Source: a bacterium (GTDB taxonomy: Bacteria; Electryoneota; Electryoneia; Electryoneales; Electryoneaceae). From it: a stretch of 64,000 nucleotides of DNA. Within the stretch, counting starts at the first letter, position 1. Every line of letters starts with the position of its first letter. The DNA is taken from NCBI GenBank assembly GCA_963669175.1, contig OY769902.1:3936001-4000000 (forward strand), in the 5' to 3' direction. The notes beneath the pieces were generated by a model. It searched no databases, was not told where the DNA came from, and worked only from the letters and a program-made list of their open reading frames with translations. Shown piece after piece: positions 52,073-61,217 of the stretch. The position numbers and the translations under genes were made by a program.

Positions 52073-52355
52073 CATTCCTCTTCCAACTATGCGGGTCTCC
52101 CCCGCAGACAGAAGTCCAAGATAACCTTCACAGCTGGTAAACGCTACCTGGAGCAAGCAGTTCCGCCAGTTCAGATTACAGGGAGGCGAGGAGCCACACC
52201 ACGGAAATACTGAAACTATTTCACTGGTTAAGTTGTCTAATATAAAGTAAGAGGTAAATTCGATTATTTCCTTGGATTACCCGGATAATGACAACAGTAA
52301 ATCCAGATCTGACACCAATACCAATGGAATCCTTGAAAGAAGGTTGGGAGGCAAC

Positions 52356-52562
52356 ATGATCAATGTGGAGCGTTTTCTTACAGAGCGAGGCATTTCAGTA
52401 ACGCGGGTACGTGACAACCGTAAACGGGATGTCGTGCAGTTAAACCTTGCCAATACGAGCCTTACAGAGCTCCGTCGGATGGGATTCCGCGTGTGCCGTT
52501 CGCCCGGAAATTCGCAGTTCCTGTTGTATTACAAGGGCAACTTCTGTGGGGTAGTCGTCTGA
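52356..52562 (+). CDS. Small basic hypothetical protein (68 aa)
   Basis: Strong GGGAGG RBS before ATG 52356; sits alone between two minus-strand genes. Confidence 0.55.
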   Translation: MINVERFLTERGISVTRVRDNRKRDVVQLNLANTSLTELRRMGFRVCRSPGNSQFLLYYKGNFCGVVV

Positions 52563-52572
52563 TACGGGGTGA

Positions 52573-54396
52573 TTATACCGTAAACTCTTTCTCGCATAAC
52601 TCTGCATATAGCTTGCTGGTTTTCATCAATTCAGCGTGTGACCCATCCGCTACCAACCTGCCGTGATCAAAGACAAGGATTCGTTCAGCTCCGGCTATGC
52701 TGGACAGACGATGTGTCGCCAGTAGAACCGTTCTTCCTTTCCCGATCACATCCAGCGACTCGAGAATTTCTTCCGCGACATCCGAATCCAGCGCTGAAGT
52801 CGGTTCATCCAGCAGCAGGATCGGCGGATCTTTCAGCAGGGCGCGTGCAATGCTGATACGTTGCCTCTGTCCCCCACTCAACCGATCCCCCAGGTCACCA
52901 AGGTTCGTATCATACCCTTCCGGCAGGTCCAGGATGAATGGTTCCGCCTGGGCCAGTTGCGCAGCACGATGAATTTTTTCATCCGGGATGGTCACATCAT
53001 TGTAGCAGATATTGGCTTTTACTGAATCATTAAACAGAATGATTTCCTGCGTGACAAAACCGAACAGGTTCCGTAGTGACGCCAGCTCGTAGTCGGTAAG
53101 TTTCCTGCCGTCAAGGGAAATGGTTCCGGTTGATGGGTCATAGAAACGTGGCAACATGTTCAGCAGTGTGCTTTTTCCCGAGCCGGACCGTCCCACCAGC
53201 ACAACACGTTCACCCGGTTTAATGGATACACTGACATCGACAAGGGCCGCTTCACGTCCTTCCGAATACGTCAAGCCGACATGTTCCAGCCTGAGTTCCT
53301 GCTTGAAACCGGATGCGGCAACAGCTCCGGGTAGCTGACGAATGTGATGCTCTTCGTCCATCAGGTCAAACACACGCTCCGCTGCGCCCTCAGCGACTTT
53401 CAGGTTGCTCTGCACATTGCTGAGGCTGACGATAGGATTCAGCATTCCCATCAGCATCAACATGAAACGAATAAAATCATCCGTCGAAATCCACTGTCCC
53501 CCCAGCGCACGTCCTCCGACAACAAACAGAATTCCCGCCACAACCACAATGCCGACCACTTCATTGAGTGGACTGATAACTCGGCGAAGCCGTTCTTTCC
53601 CAATCGCCTGGCGGAAATGATCGTTTGTTGCTGAAGTGAACCTTTCACGTTCATACGGTTGCGCTCCATAGGCCTGTACGATACGCATCCCATAGAGCGC
53701 ATCATTCAAACGTGAAGTCACAACCGCCAGCTTCTCCTGGGTGCGTTTAGATTTTCGCTTCAGGCTCATCCCGGCAAGCGTAACCACCCCACTGGTCAAC
53801 GGCGCAATCAACAACGCTGCCAGAGTCATTTGCCAGGATATGGCAAGCAGCAGGATCAGAAAGAGAATCGCGGTGATGGGATCACGGATCAACTTGCTGA
53901 AACTGTCCGCCAATCCGGCATTCAACTGGTTCACATCATTCACGGCGGCTGATACAAGGTCACCGCTTTTTCGGGCATGGAAAAAAGCCAGATCCTGTTT
54001 AAGCAGGCGTTCGTACAGTTCATCCCGCATCTGTTTGGCGACACGCTGCTCTACCGAAGCTGCCAGGATGGTTTGTAGATAGAGAGCAAGGTTTTTGAAA
54101 AGAAATGCTGCGACAATGAACAAGATGGCTCTTTTCAACGTATTCGAAGGCGTATCGGCTGCGAGGAAAGATGCACTCAGGTGTTTCAACGCATCAATAA
54201 AATTGTGCAAACCGATGGCGCCTTCCGGCATAGGCGGGACAATCATCTGCTCTCGCAGCAGAGATTGTATAAAATCCGCTGCCAGCCAGTAACTCACCCC
54301 GGAGAACGCCACGAAAAGGAGGCTGGCAAGCACAGTCCCCAGAACTCGCAGCCAGTGTGGACGTAAATAGTGTATGTATCGAATCAGAAAAGTCAT
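52573..54396 (-). CDS. ABC exporter, MsbA-like (fused TMD and NBD)
   Basis: TM domain plus GRSGSGKST, LSGGQRQR and LLDEPTSALD. Confidence 0.9.
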   Translation of the reverse strand: MTFLIRYIHYLRPHWLRVLGTVLASLLFVAFSGVSYWLAADFIQSLLREQMIVPPMPEGAIGLHNFIDALKHLSASFLAADTPSNTLKRAILFIVAAFLFKNLALYLQTILAASVEQRVAKQMRDELYERLLKQDLAFFHARKSGDLVSAAVNDVNQLNAGLADSFSKLIRDPITAILFLILLLAISWQMTLAALLIAPLTSGVVTLAGMSLKRKSKRTQEKLAVVTSRLNDALYGMRIVQAYGAQPYERERFTSATNDHFRQAIGKERLRRVISPLNEVVGIVVVAGILFVVGGRALGGQWISTDDFIRFMLMLMGMLNPIVSLSNVQSNLKVAEGAAERVFDLMDEEHHIRQLPGAVAASGFKQELRLEHVGLTYSEGREAALVDVSVSIKPGERVVLVGRSGSGKSTLLNMLPRFYDPSTGTISLDGRKLTDYELASLRNLFGFVTQEIILFNDSVKANICYNDVTIPDEKIHRAAQLAQAEPFILDLPEGYDTNLGDLGDRLSGGQRQRISIARALLKDPPILLLDEPTSALDSDVAEEILESLDVIGKGRTVLLATHRLSSIAGAERILVFDHGRLVADGSHAELMKTSKLYAELCEKEFTV

Positions 54397-54614
54397 GGCG
54401 TGAATATACGAAGTGAACCGGCTCACGACAGGGGCTTTTTGAAAAACCCTCACGGTGAAAGGCTTGTGATGCTGCTCGCCTCGGAGAGTCTTTCTTTGTC
54501 AGTACCTTATCAGAGAACGAAGTTCGATATTTTGATTGAAGATCACATTCCAGTGGATCGATTCACATGGATCGATCCACCAGGCTCCAACTTCGACATA
54601 AACGGTTTTTACTC

Positions 54615-55793
54615 ATGCGCATAGTAAAACTGGAGAACCTGCATACCGGGGATATTCTTGGCAAATCACTTTTCAACAAACGTGGTGAACTTTTACTCGC
54701 TTCAGGCTTTCAGCTTTCCGATGAGATGATCGCAAAGATCCGCAAATCCGGGTTCCATTATATCTATGTCATGGATGAAGCGACCAGAGATATCGTCCCG
54801 GAAGAAGTAATCAGCGATACTGTGCGTCAAGTTGCCAACCAGAAACTGGCGGAAACTATTGATGGCGTGAAAGGCAACCTGGCCTTTGAAAAATTTGCTC
54901 CTGCCGAAATAAAGAAGCGTCTTGAAGAGGACCAGAAGCTCCGCTCATTTGTGAAGGTGGCGGATATCAGGAAACAGGTTGGCAATATCCTTGAAGAAAT
55001 CATCGACAACCAGATCATGATGTTTTCGTCTCTCCCGATGAAATCGGACGAGGGGCATGAGATGGAACATGCCATGGATGTGACACTTTTGTCACTCCTG
55101 TTGTCGCGCGAATTCAATTTTGATCATCGTGAAATGCGTGCCCTGGGCACCTCAGCCATGCTTCACGATATCGGAAAGATGGTGTTCCCCACGTTGCTGA
55201 AAACACCTGTATCCGAGTTGTCTCGTGATCAGAAGATGATGCTCCGCGAACATCCCGTCTATTCCATGCTGATTCTTCAGGGCAGTGAACCGACGGCTTA
55301 TGTCGAACAGGCAACCGTCCTGCAACACCATGAACAGCACAATGGCAAAGGATTTCCAAAGGGACTTCGCGGCTTTGGACGTCCTCCGATAAAAGACCGT
55401 GGCAAAGACCAGGGCTTCATTCATCGCCATGCCGAAATTCTGGCAGTGGCAAATGTCTACGACAACATGGTTTCCGGGACACAGGACGGAACCGTGTATT
55501 CCCCGGATATTGCGATACAGAAAATTGTAAATGGTGATACCGGATTATGGAATCCCTGGGTTGTGAAAGCCTTGAGTAAAGTGATATCGGTCTTTCCCAA
55601 GGGTTCGATGGTCCGCATCAACAAAACGGCCACCCATGCTTTTGAAGGCTATGTCGGAGTAGTAGCCAAAACAAACGAGTCAGATCCACATCGTCCTTTC
55701 CTGGTTCTTATCCAGAACGCGGTTGGCGCGGACATCACTCCGAAGATTCTGGATCTGAATTCGGAGAAACACGCAACTATTGAACTGGCATAA
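54615..55793 (+). CDS. HD-GYP-like phosphohydrolase with variant motifs
   Basis: Motifs HAMDV, LHDIGK, EHP, HHEQHNGKGFP, AVANVYD. Confidence 0.85.
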   Translation: MRIVKLENLHTGDILGKSLFNKRGELLLASGFQLSDEMIAKIRKSGFHYIYVMDEATRDIVPEEVISDTVRQVANQKLAETIDGVKGNLAFEKFAPAEIKKRLEEDQKLRSFVKVADIRKQVGNILEEIIDNQIMMFSSLPMKSDEGHEMEHAMDVTLLSLLLSREFNFDHREMRALGTSAMLHDIGKMVFPTLLKTPVSELSRDQKMMLREHPVYSMLILQGSEPTAYVEQATVLQHHEQHNGKGFPKGLRGFGRPPIKDRGKDQGFIHRHAEILAVANVYDNMVSGTQDGTVYSPDIAIQKIVNGDTGLWNPWVVKALSKVISVFPKGSMVRINKTATHAFEGYVGVVAKTNESDPHRPFLVLIQNAVGADITPKILDLNSEKHATIELA

Positions 55794-55833
55794 TAGCCCG
55801 AATCGTTTGATTCGGTTCACAAGTGGAGAAAAC

Positions 55834-56508
55834 ATGCGCACAGACAAAATCATGCAACGGAAAGTCTTCCTCGCGCTTTTCCTGGTGAGTACGCTCGCCT
55901 TTTCCCTTGGATGCAAAACAACGAGCGATCAGGCAAAATCACCCGCTTCTACAGTTGACCTGGACCGTCTCGCCAACATGATGACCGGAGTATTCAGTTC
56001 AGCATCGCAAGCTGCGGCCGATCCGGACAATTTCCAGGATACACGACTTATCATGCTTCCCATCTGGACAACACGCACAGATGGTCACTGGTTATACGTG
56101 GAAAAGGCTCTGGGCGTGCGTGAAGACATCCCTTACAAGCAGCGTGTGTATCATCTGTACATGCGTCAGGACCAGAAGCTCGTTTGCGATATCTATCAGC
56201 TCCCGGGTGACCCGCTCAAATATGCCGGTGCAAGACGCGACCTTTCGGCCTTCTCCGGATTGACGCCTGACTCTCTCATCACCATGGCTGACTGCAGAAT
56301 CCTGTTTACGCTTCAAGCAGACGGTGGTTTCTCTGGCCAGACTGAGGGGAAGGGTTGTGACGGTGGACTTCCCGGCTCCAGGTACACCATCACAGAATTG
56401 ACCATATCCGATTCAGTCCTTGTTTCCTGGGAGAAAGGATTCAACGATTCAGGCAAACAGGTCTGGGGCGGCGCAGCAGGTTATCGGTACATCAAAGAGG
56501 GAAACTGA
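55834..56508 (+). CDS. CpcT/CpeT chromophore-lyase-like lipoprotein
   Basis: Lipobox SLGC; GVFSSASQA, WLYVE, PYKQRVY, SWEKGF...QVWG. Confidence 0.75.
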   Translation: MRTDKIMQRKVFLALFLVSTLAFSLGCKTTSDQAKSPASTVDLDRLANMMTGVFSSASQAAADPDNFQDTRLIMLPIWTTRTDGHWLYVEKALGVREDIPYKQRVYHLYMRQDQKLVCDIYQLPGDPLKYAGARRDLSAFSGLTPDSLITMADCRILFTLQADGGFSGQTEGKGCDGGLPGSRYTITELTISDSVLVSWEKGFNDSGKQVWGGAAGYRYIKEGN

Positions 56509-56660
56509 TCGATCGTTCATTATCATTTACCCCCGACAGGGTTACAATTTATCTTGTTGTAATTATTACGCAAACAGCTTCACAAACCATTTTCTCACTT
56601 CTTGCGGCAATCTCCAGCAAGCCGTAGCTTATAAGTATCGACTACTACCAGGGGCTTCCC

Positions 56661-59600
56661 ATGCACCGTTGCTACCGTTTTCTGATTACTGCGATAGTCC
56701 TGACAGGTATCTTTTCCCTTCCCGCTTCTGGCGAAGTGTACGAGACCGGCTCGTTACGTGGTTTCATCCTGGGTGATGAACCAGCCTGTGCCTACGACAA
56801 CTGGTTTTCTCGTACCGTCGAAGGACTCGCAGTTGATGGTGGTTATAACGACCATATCCCCCCCGAACTTGATCCGCAAACACGTGGATTCGGGAATTTC
56901 GAATACATCGAAGAAGAAGATGCGGGCACCATGGAAGCGCTATGGCTGCATCTTTTTCAGGCATTGTGGCTCGGTGACCATGAGACGGCTGAAGGATTAA
57001 TCGGTGAGAATGAACTCCCTTACGAGTTTGTCTATTTCACAGACACAGAGACGGGCAATCAGTATTACATGTTGCGTGAATTGATTAACACCGCCTATGT
57101 GGATACAGGTTTTTACGCCGGTCCTGAAGATGATGTGATCGGCGGATTCGATTACGGTTGGGGTTTGTACATTGTTAATCCGGACGCTGAGTATCCGGGC
57201 GTAAATATCCAGGTTTGCCACGTCAATGACGACTTCATTGCCCCACCTTATGCCGTTGAGGCATTCCTTGAAGGTGATTTCAATTCACTGGCGCTTTGGG
57301 GAACCGGACGTGAAGTCATGTCGGTGGAAGGTGAAGATTACAACAACAGTCGTTCCCTGTCTGACCCGTCGCGAAACGGCAACCTGCCGTTCCAGTGGTT
57401 TACCGAGTTTTTCGTGGATACAACACGGAGCCAGGGACTGCATGACCTGGTAATACAGGTACACAGTTATGACACTGAATCCCACAACGGCGAGCCAACC
57501 CTGCAAGTCAGCGGCGGCAATGCAGACGGCTATCCGAACCGTCCCACACGCGACCTGTCCTATACGGGTTTTGATTGGGTGAATTGCTGTCCGACAATTA
57601 TGGTTCCGGCCAATTATTGCATGGAAGGTCAGGAGGAAGTTGAAGTCCAGGAAATGTTCGCCATCTGGCGTGGTTGGGGTGTCACTCACATTGAAAGTGG
57701 TGCAGGTATTTCCCGTGATTGCTATTTACCAGGATACCCGGACAGTCCGCAGATGTGGACTTGCAGAGAGAACACCAATTCTTATGAGACCTATGATCAC
57801 TGGCTGCATTTTGAATTGGATGAGCTTCCCTGGGCTTTGCAGGATGCTGAAATTACCGAGCTTGAATACTACGCCGGCACAGCGCCGCCAACAGAAGCGA
57901 ACTGGGCTGCATTTCTTCGCTATTTCGAGACAAGTTTAGAAGGCCTGGTTCAGAGCGTACATAACATGTACGAGTACCTGGATGAGACACCGCCAACCGC
58001 ACCACAATCTCCCTATATCTACTATGCCGGTGATAACTTCATGGAAATCGGCTGGAGTACACGTTCCTATGATCCCTATTTCCAGGCCTATGAGGTTTAT
58101 TTCGGAACCACGGAAACTATTAATCTGGACAACACTCTCTGGACAATACAGAACGACCCGAACCTGGTAGGGCAAAACCTTCAGTATACACGCGTTGAAG
58201 GATTGACACCCATGCAGAGTTATGGATTCCGGGTACGCGGTGTTGACATGTCCGGCAATGTGAGTGAATTGAGTACTGCGACCGCTTGGGGATTCAGCCA
58301 GGAAGGCAGCGCTTCTCCCCTGGCATTTGACCTGTTTGCACCGACCAGCGGCGACACCTGCCATACCCTGGATACGACACTGGTCTGGTACAGCACATCT
58401 GACCCGGATTTGTACGATATCCCCCGTTATGATGTATGGATGGATACGCTGGCAAACATGTCAACCATGTGGATGGTTGCGGATGGCGACAGCATCCAGG
58501 ATACTACAATTGATGTCAGCGGCCTGCTGAACTTCAAGGATTATTACTGGACTGTTCGCGCCACGGACCGGAACACGGAAGGCACATGGGCCAACGACAC
58601 CCTGTCTTTCCGGACCTACCGCCCGGTTCCACCAGCCGAATTCACGCAGGATTACCCGCTTGAACGCTCAACATTGTGGAACGTGGAAGAAACAGACCTG
58701 GTTTGGAATTCAACCTACGATCCGGATGGACTGGCCGATATCACTTACCAGGTATCCTGGGCAACAAATATAGAATTCACAGAGAATTACGGTTCATTCA
58801 CGACAACTGACACATTCACAACAATCGACGATCTGGAAATCAATGCTACCGTGTATTGGAGGGTCTTGGCCTGGGATAACCTGGACACGACCTGGACCGA
58901 CACATGGCGCTTTTATACCTGGACACCGGACTACCCAGAGTTTTCTCTTGACACTCCGACTGACGGAGAAACTGTCCTCAATGATACAGTAACAGTGACC
59001 TGGACTGCCCCGGAAACATCCTACCTGCCTGAAGATTTTGCATTGGCCGAACTGGATGAACAAACGTACGTAAATGCAGCCTTTGCTGACCTGCCAAAGG
59101 GGTCTGAGATTGCGTTCGGGGCTGGTGAATCCGAGCTGGATGATCATGGCGGTCCGGATTCCTTCGGACATGTCTGGATTGACAACAAGGAGCATGGCGG
59201 CCCGGCATTTGACTGGGTGGACATTTCCGAAATTGGAACCCTTTCAGATGCAAGCAATATCGATGATGGTTGCGCTCCGGCGACAATCCCCTTCCCGTTT
59301 ACCTATTATGGTGAGGAATACGAAACTGTCCATGTCGGTTCGAACGGAAACATGAACTTCCTCACCTCTGATGATGCCGACTGGAGCAATAGTGGCATCC
59401 CGAATGACGATGGTCCCTCCGCCATGATCGCACCGTTCTGGTGCGACCTGCGTCCGAATTATCGTGGCGACATCTACACCTGGGGTGACTCAACCATGTT
59501 TGTGGTGTCCTGGCTGAATATCCGTCAATACAGCCACGAAGAATGGGATTATTATTTCCAGGTAATCCTGTACCCTGACGGTATGATCAAGTTCCAGTAC

Positions 59601-61118
59601 CTGAACATGGACGGGGACCTGGATATCGCCTGTATCGGTATAGAGAACGGTGATGAGGATGACGGGTTGCAGGTTGTATACAATGCAGCGTACCTGGAAG
59701 ACAGGATCGCGATCCTCTTCACACCGGATGATTACCTGTATACGGTTGAATGGTCCGCTTCGGCAGAATTCGCACCCTCTACCCTTGAATACACACTGGA
59801 TAATGAATTCACCATTACCGATGTGGAAATTCAACAATTCCTTATACAGAACAGGTTGCTGGAAGAACTGGATGAACTTCCCGATGATATAACCATTTAC
59901 TGGCGTGTGAACACACGTAACTTGTACAGTCTTCGGAGTTTTGCAGCTCCCGGTATTAACGGCCAGACCTTCACAGTCTTTGTCCCGGAACCGCCGGTCG
60001 CTTTTGATATGGCCTACCCGGCAAATGAAGACACCGTTGTAACAGATACAGTGACAGTTGGCTGGAATGCAGCGTACGATCCAGATCCTGACGACACGTT
60101 GACGTACGTCGTTCAGTGGTCCCAAAACAGTGACTTCTCCGATTTTGCTGTGGCGACAACCCAAGATACTTTCCTGATCCTGACCGGAATGGATATGGAA
60201 GTATTCACCAGAAGCAACAGCTCAGAGTTTGCATCGGTTGCCCGTAAAAAGACGGCGCCACAAGCCATGCAGGTTAAGACCAAAAATCCATCCAAGGCCA
60301 GACAGATCTCGGGGACTGCCTTGTCAGGTGGTGCAACAGCGAATACACTTGACGAACTGGATGAGCTCCCGGATGACAGCCATATCTTCTGGCGGGTACA
60401 AGCGGTTGATGAGCTGAGAAACAGCGTATGGGCCAACCAGGGCACAGATGGCTGGTGGTTCCATGTGCAGGTGCCGGAACCGCCGCCTGCGTTCGCGCTA
60501 CTGGAACCGGAAAACGATGACACACTGGCTGTCGAAGAAGCCACCCCGGCCACACTTCGCTGGGAAGCGGCGAATGATCCGGACCCGAACGAAACAACCA
60601 GTTATAACCTGTATTACCAGTATACTCAGGGACAGGATACGGACACACTTTACTATAGCGATTTAGCAGACACAGCACTCGTCATCAACCTGGCGGACTC
60701 GCTGGGGATTGAGTATTGGGAAGAAACAATACAGGTCACCTGGTGGGTGCTGGCCGGTTCAGAAAATGACACAACGCAATGCGATGAGGATTTCATCTTC
60801 CACATCGCCCCGAATTCAGCAGTACCGGAAAAACCATTTGCAGGGATGCCAACGGAATACAGTATCGCAGCCCTGTACCCGAATCCGTTCAACCCGACAG
60901 CAACTGTGGTCGTGGGATTGCCCCAGGCCAGCCACCTGAAAGTACAGGTATACAACATTCTCGGTGAACTGGTTGAAACGGTTGTCAACAACGATATGCG
61001 AGCGGGGTATCACCGTCTGATCCTTGAGGGATCGAACTGGGCTTCCGGGCTCTATTTTGTTCGTGCCGAGAGTCCGGGACAGATGAATGAAGTACAGAGG
61101 ATTTTCCTGGTCAAATAA
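56661..61118 (+). CDS. Large (1485 aa) acidic secreted protein with a putative N-terminal hydrolase domain, FN3-like repeats and a T9SS sorting domain
   Basis: Signal peptide; repeats PxxFxLxxP...W...DPD...YWxV; C-terminal LYPNPFNP...ASGLYFV...IFLVK. Confidence 0.88.
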   Translation: MHRCYRFLITAIVLTGIFSLPASGEVYETGSLRGFILGDEPACAYDNWFSRTVEGLAVDGGYNDHIPPELDPQTRGFGNFEYIEEEDAGTMEALWLHLFQALWLGDHETAEGLIGENELPYEFVYFTDTETGNQYYMLRELINTAYVDTGFYAGPEDDVIGGFDYGWGLYIVNPDAEYPGVNIQVCHVNDDFIAPPYAVEAFLEGDFNSLALWGTGREVMSVEGEDYNNSRSLSDPSRNGNLPFQWFTEFFVDTTRSQGLHDLVIQVHSYDTESHNGEPTLQVSGGNADGYPNRPTRDLSYTGFDWVNCCPTIMVPANYCMEGQEEVEVQEMFAIWRGWGVTHIESGAGISRDCYLPGYPDSPQMWTCRENTNSYETYDHWLHFELDELPWALQDAEITELEYYAGTAPPTEANWAAFLRYFETSLEGLVQSVHNMYEYLDETPPTAPQSPYIYYAGDNFMEIGWSTRSYDPYFQAYEVYFGTTETINLDNTLWTIQNDPNLVGQNLQYTRVEGLTPMQSYGFRVRGVDMSGNVSELSTATAWGFSQEGSASPLAFDLFAPTSGDTCHTLDTTLVWYSTSDPDLYDIPRYDVWMDTLANMSTMWMVADGDSIQDTTIDVSGLLNFKDYYWTVRATDRNTEGTWANDTLSFRTYRPVPPAEFTQDYPLERSTLWNVEETDLVWNSTYDPDGLADITYQVSWATNIEFTENYGSFTTTDTFTTIDDLEINATVYWRVLAWDNLDTTWTDTWRFYTWTPDYPEFSLDTPTDGETVLNDTVTVTWTAPETSYLPEDFALAELDEQTYVNAAFADLPKGSEIAFGAGESELDDHGGPDSFGHVWIDNKEHGGPAFDWVDISEIGTLSDASNIDDGCAPATIPFPFTYYGEEYETVHVGSNGNMNFLTSDDADWSNSGIPNDDGPSAMIAPFWCDLRPNYRGDIYTWGDSTMFVVSWLNIRQYSHEEWDYYFQVILYPDGMIKFQYLNMDGDLDIACIGIENGDEDDGLQVVYNAAYLEDRIAILFTPDDYLYTVEWSASAEFAPSTLEYTLDNEFTITDVEIQQFLIQNRLLEELDELPDDITIYWRVNTRNLYSLRSFAAPGINGQTFTVFVPEPPVAFDMAYPANEDTVVTDTVTVGWNAAYDPDPDDTLTYVVQWSQNSDFSDFAVATTQDTFLILTGMDMEVFTRSNSSEFASVARKKTAPQAMQVKTKNPSKARQISGTALSGGATANTLDELDELPDDSHIFWRVQAVDELRNSVWANQGTDGWWFHVQVPEPPPAFALLEPENDDTLAVEEATPATLRWEAANDPDPNETTSYNLYYQYTQGQDTDTLYYSDLADTALVINLADSLGIEYWEETIQVTWWVLAGSENDTTQCDEDFIFHIAPNSAVPEKPFAGMPTEYSIAALYPNPFNPTATVVVGLPQASHLKVQVYNILGELVETVVNNDMRAGYHRLILEGSNWASGLYFVRAESPGQMNEVQRIFLVK

Positions 61119-61139
61119 GGAAATACTTCCGGTAGGTTT
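61118..61139 (+). repeat. Left terminal inverted repeat AGGAAATACTTCCGGTAGGTTT
   Basis: Matches the reverse complement of 62886-62907 with one mismatch. Confidence 0.9.
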
Positions 61140-61217
61140 GGCGATTTGCTTCTTGTTTGCGACCTTTGTATTCGGGTTGGCAATCGGAAGCGATCGCGTA
61201 ACATGCTGGAGGACAAG

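Noticed and set aside
61146-61217. Upstream start for DUF1670-like ORF A (and 61909 for ORF B)
   Set aside because: GGAGG RBS sites support ATG 61218 and ATG 62041 instead.
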